A model generated the notes under the pieces. It did not search any database. It was given only the letters and a program-made list of their open reading frames with translations, and had not been told where the DNA came from. Positions 56,100 to 64,000 of a stretch of DNA of 64,000 nt are shown piece after piece; positions within the stretch are counted from its first letter, which is position 1; the number at the start of each line of letters is the position of its first letter. The translations under genes and the position numbers were made by a program. This DNA comes from Neoechinorhynchus agilis. Its lineage: Eukaryota > Animalia > Acanthocephala. The stretch lies in assembly GCA_051530055.1 (NCBI GenBank), contig CM121341.1:310001-374000 (forward strand), given 5' to 3'.

Positions 56100-57290
56100 C
56101 GACGTCGCGTTATCAAAACGTCCAAAAAAAGATCGCATTATGATTCTCCGTCTACTGTCCATTGAATGTTGCTGTGCTTTTAATTCCGTACGTGGGCGAA
56201 CTTTTCCGGTTCTGTGATTTCATCGAGTAAGATAAAAGTGCCATCTACGTTTCTCGACCGGAACTTCACACCAGGTAGGCTTGAAACGTTCCTAGCCTCC
56301 CATTCGCGCATGAACAATTCGGTTAGAACTGGGGCAAGTGGACTCCCCATGGACAGTCCATCTACTTGATCATAGCTCTCGCCTTCGAAGTTTGACATCA
56401 GCAAAAATCATTCTATATTCTGCACATGCGAGCGCCTTCAATCTCCCTGTGAACACCACACCTGATGACACGGTGTGCTCATCCGGAGGCACTAAGCTTC
56501 TTAACATGGTAGCAAATATCAAGCTGTTTACGTATCATATGCAGAATGCGATGCAATAATTGGCCGAGCCTTTAGTGGGGATTTATGTACTTTTGCCAAT
56601 AAGTACATGTTAGGTGTAAGTCCGTTGTTGGAACGATGTTTTTTGTATATTTGTTCGTCTATACTTCCATGCTTCTTTAGTGCAAGTACATATTGGTCGA
56701 ACATATTTTCTCGTTTTGTAGTGGGGCATATATTATTAGATCGAAACTCTGGAACCGATAAGATATGCGCGGCAATTCTATGGTAGTGTTCTTCATCTTA
56801 ATTATGATGGTGAACTGAAGGAAAAAATTATGAATATATTAATCAGAATTTTCGACCAATGCGTTGGTCTTCTTCAGTACAGTTAGTGTAAAACTTACAA
56901 ACAATTATTGAAGAAGACCAATGCATTGGTCGAAAATTCTGATTAATATATTTATAATTTTTTCCTTCAGTTCACCATCATAATTAATTCCTAAATGAAT
57001 ATCTACACAATGTTCTTCATCTACAATACAGAAACCTCTGCCTTTGTCCAACTTCATGATACGTATCTCCTCAATTCGATTAAGATTATTCATCGCTAAG
57101 ATCAGTCGTTGGGGCAAGTTAGTACGTTTAATTCTGTTTCCTTTATGTAGCAATGCTTCTACTTTCCATAATGGAATTGTGATTCCGGTAAATTTGGCCT
57201 TGGATATCATCTTCTCCATTTCTAGGGTTAATCCCATGTTGTTGAGTTTGCTACGAATAAAATAAATTCGATTTGCGACACGAGCAGACT
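56100..57290 (-). mobile_element. Second Penelope-like element, decayed and rearranged with a fold-back; partial repeat at 58290-58790
   Basis: YDQVDGLSMGSPLAP..RNVDG (56180-56404) and IMKLDKGRGF (56905-57237). Confidence 0.75.
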
Positions 57291-57299
57291 AAGCCATAA

Positions 57300-60210
57300 T
57301 ATGTCGGGCGATAAATCTCATTGTGTTTTGGGTTTTAACCTAAAAAAATCTCGTATGCGAACTGTGCCAGATCCCAATTAATTCGAAGAAACGACGTTTT
57401 AACGTATTTTCAACAATTAAGCAAAAATTTTGTAATTCTACGCTAATTTTCTTTTTATAACAACTTCACAACGCCTTGAAAGTCCTTCGATATTTGCAAT
57501 CGAGCTTAAAAACTTGATAAATCACATTGCGTTTTTGATTTTAACAAAAAAAATCTCGTATGCGAATTGTGCCAGATCCCAATTAATTCGAAGAAACGGC
57601 GTTTTAATGTATTTTCAACAATTAAGCAAAAATTTTGTAATTCTACCCTAATTTTCTTTTTATAACAACTTCCCAGCGCATTGAAAGATCTTCGGTATTT
57701 GCAATCGAGCTTAAAAACTTGATAAATCACACTGTGTTTTGGGTTTTAACCTAAAAAAATCTCGTATGCGAACTGTGCCAGATCCCAATTAATTCGAAGA
57801 TACGACGTTTTAACGTATTTTCAACAATTAAGCAAAAATTTTGTAATTCTAAGCTAATTTTCTTTTTATAACAACTTCACAACGCCTTGAAAGTCCTTCG
57901 ATATTTGCAATCGAGCTTAAAAACTTGATAAATCACATTGCGTTTTTGATTTTAACAAAAAAAATCTCGTATGCGAATTGTGCCAGATCCCAATTAATTC
58001 GAAGAAACGGCGTTTTAATGTATTTTCAACAATTAAGCAAAAATTTTGTAATTCTACCCTAATTTTCTTTTTATAACAACTTCCCAACGCATTGCAAAAA
58101 ACCTTCGGTATTTGCAATCGAGCTTAAAAACTTGATAAATCACATTGTATTTTTGGTTTTAACCACAACAACATCTCATATGCGAACGCGATCCAATAAT
58201 TCGTAGAGACGTTTTAATGTTTTTTCCAATAAGTAAAAATTTTGTAATTCTAACAATTTTCTTTTTATACACAACTTCCACGCCATGAAAGTACATATTT
58301 GTCGAACATAATTCTCTTTTGTATTTGGGCAATATTATACAACGAAACTCTAACGATAAGAAATCGCCAATTCTATCGTAGTATTCTTCATTTTAATTAT
58401 GTGGTCAACTTAAGAAAAAATTTTGATATATTAATCAGAATTTTCGACCAATGCTTGTCTTCTTCAGAACAGTTAGTGTAAAACTTACAACAATTTTTGA
58501 AGAAGACCAATGCATTGGTCGAAAATTCTGATTAATATATTTATAATTTTTTCCCAGCACCATCATAATTAATTCCTAAATGAATATCTTATACAATGTT
58601 CTTCATCTATAATACAGAAACTTCGCTTCGTCCAACTTCATGATACGTATCTCCTCAATTCGATTAAGAACCCAAATCCCAAATACGTTAACGTTATACC
58701 ATAAGAATATTGTAAATTTGCTTAGATATATCTTCTCCATTTCAACTAATCTCATGTTATTGAGTTCGCCACGAATAAAATTCCTTCGATTTGCAATCGA
58801 GCTTAAAAACTTCGATAAATCACATTGTGTTTTGGGTTCTAACCAAAAAAAATCTCGTATGCGAATTGTGCCAGATCTCAATTAATTCGAAGAAACGACG
58901 TTTTAATGTATTTTCAACAATAAAGCTAAAATTTTGTAATTCTACGCTAATTTTCTTTTTATAACAACTTCACAACGCCTTGAAAGTCCTTCGATATTTG
59001 CAATCGAGCTTAAAAACTTGATAAATCACATTGCGTTTTTGGATTTTAATTACAAAAAATATATCGTATGCGAATTGTGCCAGATCCCAATTAATTCGTA
59101 AAAACGACGTTTTAATGTATTTTCAACAATAAAGCTAAAATTTTGTAATTCTACGCCAATTTTTTTTATAACAACTTCACAACGCCTAGAAAGTCCTTCG
59201 ATATTTGCAATCGAGCTTAAAAACTTGATAAATCACATTGTGTTTTGGGTTCTAACCAAAAAAAATCTCGTATGCGAATTGTGCCAGATCCCAATTAATT
59301 CGAAGAAACGACGTTTTAATGTATTTTCAACAATTAAGCAAAAATTTTGTAATTCTACACCAATTTTCTTTTTATAACAACTTCCCAACGCCATGAAAGT
59401 CCTTCGATATTTGCAATCGAGCTTAAAAACTTGATAAATCACATTGTTTTTTGGATTTTAATTACAAAAAATATATCGTATGCGAATTGTGCCAGATCCC
59501 AATTAATTCGTAAAAACGACGTTTTAATGTATTTTCAACAATAAAGCAAAAATTTTGTAATTCTACGCCAATTTCTTTTTATAACAACTTCACAACGCCT
59601 AGAAAGTCCTTCGATATTTGCAATCGAGCTTAAAAACTTGATAAATCACATTGCGTTTTGGGTTCTAACCAAAAAAAATCTCGTATGCGAATTGTGCCAG
59701 ATCCCAATTGCCGTAGGCCCGATGGAATTTCGGTCTTCCCGTGGCGGCAGGGCAAATGCCTTCTCTGGGACGCCACGTCCCTCGCAGCCAGTAACATCCG
59801 CTACTCCCTCGAAATCGCCGGTGGTGCCGCCAGTGCAGCGGAAGGGAGGAAAATTCCCCTTTGGGGTAGAGACGTATGGAGCGCTCGGCACTCTGCTCCA
59901 GGATCTCTCGAAGAAATTGAGAAAGGCAACCGGAGACTCAAGAGCAGGCGTATTCCTTCGACAAAATATCTCGCTGGCAGTACAACGAGGCAATGCTGCC
60001 AGCGTGATGGCGACGGTCGAGGAAGGACAAAAGCTGGAATTTGGCGGGAGGTGGTGTTTTAATTGTCGAGAGATGAAGATTGATTGAAATAAAAACTAAT
60101 CAAGATTTTCAACAATTAAGCAAAAATTTTGTAATTCTACGCTAATTTTGTTTTTATAACAACTTCCCCACGAATGTAAAGACCATTGAAATTTGCAGTC
60201 GAGCTTAAGA
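57300..60210. repeat. ~206-bp satellite with alternating A/B units, interrupted at 58290-58790 and 59710-60088
   Basis: ATCACATT recurs at 57521, 57726, 57932 and 58139 (spacing 205-207); alternate units share diagnostic bases. Confidence 0.95.
59710..60088 (+). mobile_element. 5'-truncated CRE-clade copy inserted in the satellite
   Basis: Very similar to 10090-10485; RRPDGISVFPWRQGKCLLWDAT; same 3' end GAAGATTGATTGAA. Confidence 0.9.
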
Positions 60211-60690
60211 ACCAATAATCCACTGTTTCAAACGTGTGCTAGAAATAGTGAAAACCCTTTGGGCAAGACGTTAATTGTGATATCGTAAATCGAAATGGGA
60301 TTGGTTCGAAAGACACTCGATTTAAATGTGTCATCAATCGTTTGTGCAAAAAATTTTCCTTGCTATTTGTGAATTCTCTTATTTCGTGTAAAAAGAGAGT
60401 GGAAGATTAGAAAGGGAAATTTTGCAAGATTTTATGTTGAATTTGAAAAAGGAGTGGCATTGCCGTCAACGGAAATACTATTGCTAATAGTATATCAACA
60501 TATTTTCAATAACCGATGAATATTGATCGATAAACGCAATATTTAAGCAATTGTCTCTTAGTCGTTCTTCCGGTCGCGAATCCAAGTAAAAGGAGTGACG
60601 AGAAACGGGTTCAATCTCTGGATTTTTGAGTTGCGAGTTAATTTTTAATATTGTAGTCATAGAATCGCGTGTTAATTTAGGTTGTTTAAG

Positions 60691-63600
60691 ATGTCTTTTC
60701 GGTTCCTCCTATTGATTTGTACTCTATCGATGATTTCATATCAATCAGCAGAGGAGGTACTATCGGCCGATGAGCTCTACTCGCGCGGCATCAACCTGGT
60801 TACAGGAATTTACCGTAAATATAAATCGTAAGCTCATTGGTGCCGATAAGATTTAGTCAGTTCCGTTTATGAAGAGGGTACCAACTGTTAACAAGGGCAG
60901 CGACAATGGGTCACCAAGGAGCTGTTGTTCAATTGGGAGTTGCTCATCTATTCGGAGACTATTATCCATTCAATTTTTCATATGCTAGAGAACTTCTTGA
61001 AAGCGTAGCTCATAACCGAACGGACGCCCAATTCGTATGAATGCATTCGAGGAGAATATCGACGAATCTTCTTTTTTTAGTATCTTGGATTCGTGCATTC
61101 ACTTGGACTTGGTGTGGAATCCAGTCAAGCAAAAGTACGGTTTATTGGTTTTTTCCCTTATGACTGCTTTTGCATCACCACTTATGCGTTCTATCAATAT
61201 TTTCTCATCAACTTTAACCAATATCATGCTTCCGTCTAATAGCCCGATACCATTTTATCCTCTTATTCCTGCATTTTGTTGTACTCTTCCTAGCTTAAAA
61301 TCGAAACATTCCCTTTATTTTATCTCGATTTTATCCGTTTTTAGCCCGACACCTAATCACCTCCTTTCGTCTTTACGGCGGGCTAAAGTGCATTCGCTCT
61401 CATAGGGCCCCTCGCAAATAATGACCTTTAACACCAATCACTCAATTTCGATTTTCACTATTCCCACATTCACAGAAATGCATCATTAGCTCTCAGAACG
61501 TTGGCAAGCATCTTACTGCCTTTTACACTTTCGACTATGTTTCATTGATTTTCAACTGTAATATTTAAGCCGGTTCTATTGATTCAGATTTTTTTGCATC
61601 CCTTCCTCGGCTTTTTAGTTTTCTTTTTTGGCATGAAGCCACACCGATCTCTTACATCAGAGAAGTGATTGAATCACTTAGATTAGTCCCGCCTCCTCGG
61701 GAAAAAGCTCTGAGAATCCAAAAGGATGAGTACAAACTCGTATACAGTATGCACTTCAGAGTCTCAGTGATTCAATCACTTCTCTGATGTAAGAGATCGG
61801 TGTGGCTTCATGCCAAAAAGGAAAACTAAAAAGCCGAGGAAGATATGTCCTAAATCTGAATGTAATATTTACTCATCTCGGTTTCACTTGAATTATTTAG
61901 CACCCGTTACGTTCATTTTTCACTTTTAAATTGAATCGTTTTACTTTAATATTGTTTTTTCGTCTTCCCCTATTACCTAGAGCATTTATGTTACTATGTC
62001 CATCAGAAGACAAATCAGTCGCTTTCCGATTCAAATACAAAATCTATTTTTATCAAGATCGCAATCATAATCGCAGAATTTCTTTTTAGGCATTGACGTA
62101 CTACACATTCGCAGCACTTGGCGACAATACTATGGCCCAAATGAGTTTGGTTAGCACCGTAACCTGTGCACTTCGGTTGAGAAATATCCTAAGAATCGTT
62201 TAGGCATATAGACTTCTCTATCAAATCAATACACCGCTTGATTGTGAGCAATCACTGGCATTGTACTCGAAAGTGGCAGGCAAAGGTTGTTGCTTAAGAT
62301 TCTTTATCTTTGCGTGTGGTATCCATGTTTGAATAGTTGCTTCCCAAATAACGCTTTCGTCCGGTCCCCTGATACAACGAATCACACTCAACAATGATGC
62401 CACTGGTCCGGATCAATCAAGTTTTGTGCTGGGTACAAATAGGGGAAGTGTGATAATTGACCAAGATACACTCGCTTATTATGAACTGATGGCTGAACGT
62501 GGAGAAACTCACGCTCAAGTTGGGCTGGGTTCTTTGTATTACACCGGTGGGCGTGGGATAAAACCAAACTTTAAGGTAGTTAGGATTGGAATTTAACTAG
62601 TTTATTTTTAATAATTCAATGCTTATAGAAAGCTCTTTACCATTTGTCAAAAGCGGCCCAAAAAGGTAGTCATAGCTCTCAAGCGATTATTGGGAAAATC
62701 TATGCACAAGGCGATGAAACTCTTGCGCCTGATCCGAAACTCGCAATTCAACATCTGAGACGAGCTGGAGATAAGAATGAGCCTGTAGCATTTGCGGCGC
62801 TTGGCACCATGTACTATCACGGCATCGGAGTTGAAAAAGACGAGAAACTAGCTTACGGCTATTTAAAGATGGCCGCTGATGCCAATCAAGTCGATGCGAT
62901 GGTTTGGTTGGGAGCAATGCATTTCTACGGTCATTACGTTAAAAAGGACACGAGAGTTGCCATTCAATACTTTACTCACGCTACACAAGCCGGCCATGTC
63001 CTTGGACCTTACTATCTCGCACTCGTCCACGAGATTGGAGTTGGCGTTATCCGAAACTGTGAGACCTCTGCTCGTCTGTTTAAAACTGTAGCTGAACGTG
63101 GACGGTGGTCAATGGCTTTTATGGATGCCTACTACGATTTCCAACATAAGCGATTTAACCAGGCCGTTATGAAGTATCTTTTACTTTCGGAACTCGGATA
63201 CGAGATCGCTCAGAATAACGCTGCTGTCCTTCTTGAACACGGCAAAACTAATCTCTTCGGAGTCAGAGCTAACTTGAGCGTTAAAGCATCAAAGGATGCA
63301 CTCGCAATGGCATTTGCTCAGCATTCTCGTGCTGCAGAACAAGGGCACTCAGCCAGCCGAGTTCGGGTACTACGACGAATTATCGCTTATAGGGAAAGAT
63401 CACTTTTTATTCCATCTATCAGGAATCCGTTGGGTTTGCGCTAAAGTATCTGTTTCATTTAAATCAATCAAAGGGGACTGCTGCAATTATACCTATTTTA
63501 CATTATTAGAGTAAAAATCTAACATCTTAAGATGTTGTACTGTGAACAGTGTCTATTTGTCGAATCCACGTATTCGTGTGCTAATCAAAATATTCCCGGC

Positions 63601-64000
63601 GTTCACTTTTTGTTTGAATATAAATCCTGAGCTGGCTAATTTTTTTAATGTGTTCGTCTTCATTGCGTAACATTTTCAATATGAATTTTCCGAACCCTTT
63701 CGGTCCACATTCCAATAGCCGATCGGTGATTACAACCACTATAAATTCCTCTTCGTGCTCCAATTGATTCGTCGTCAATTAGGAGATTACTATTATTACG
63801 GTCTCGGAGTATGCGATGTAGATATGATAACAGCTTGCACTCATTACCAAATTGCGGCAGATTCCAGCAACGACGCACATGCAATGTTCAATCTTGGGTA
63901 CATGCATGAGAATGGACTTGGTTACAAAAGGGATTTTCATTTGGCCAAACGGTGGTACGATCAGGCTAAGAACGCCAATGCGGATGCAATTCTACCAGTG
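60691..64000 (+). CDS. SEL1L: SEL1L/Hrd3-like ERAD adaptor (Sel1 repeats), multi-exon, continues past the window end; exon boundaries not all resolved
   Basis: Signal-peptide-like start [10 protein letters not shown]; exons [98 protein letters not shown]; short GT-AG introns. Confidence 0.9.
61582..61860. mobile_element. MITE-like fold-back element in a SEL1L intron
   Basis: ~76-bp arms at 61603-61678 and 61766-61841 are near-perfect reverse complements; outer TTCAGATTT/AAATCTGAA pair. Confidence 0.65.

Noticed and set aside
57300-60210. Hammerhead ribozyme in the 206-bp satellite unit
   Set aside because: GAAACGACGTT resembles stem III, but no CTGANGA core is present on either strand
63366-63782. 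DNA transposon with ACGACGAAT/ATTCGTCGT terminal repeats in the last SEL1L intron
   Set aside because: Only a 9-10-bp match, no target duplication and no second copy; could be chance

Overview
Eukaryotic window, probably from a fast-evolving animal, that looks like the decaying edge of an rDNA locus. It opens with a partial rDNA unit on the minus strand (28S 5' part, ITS2, 5.8S, ITS1, 5'-truncated 18S). About 57 kb of nested retroelements, short 28S fragments and satellites follow, and the window ends in an intron-containing SEL1L/Hrd3-like gene. The dominant feature is a diverse family of R2-clade non-LTR retrotransposons (RT plus restriction-like endonuclease) tied to the canonical 28S R2 site (|TAGCCAAATGCC). 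One full-length copy can be rebuilt across two nested insertions, with both 28S junctions intact. A second, longer copy starts 145 nt further down the 28S. Their N-termini are unusual: one or two cassettes of four zinc fingers, then a conserved domain resembling a catalytically dead OTU fold, and no recognisable Myb domain. Also present are a CRE-clade element, a Penelope-like element with a candidate hammerhead ribozyme in its pseudo-LTR, Ty3/gypsy, CR1/L2-like and RTE elements, (AAT)n, 92-bp and ~206-bp tandem arrays, and several fold-backs. All alignments were done by eye, family assignments rest on recalled motifs rather than database searches, and many boundaries are approximate.
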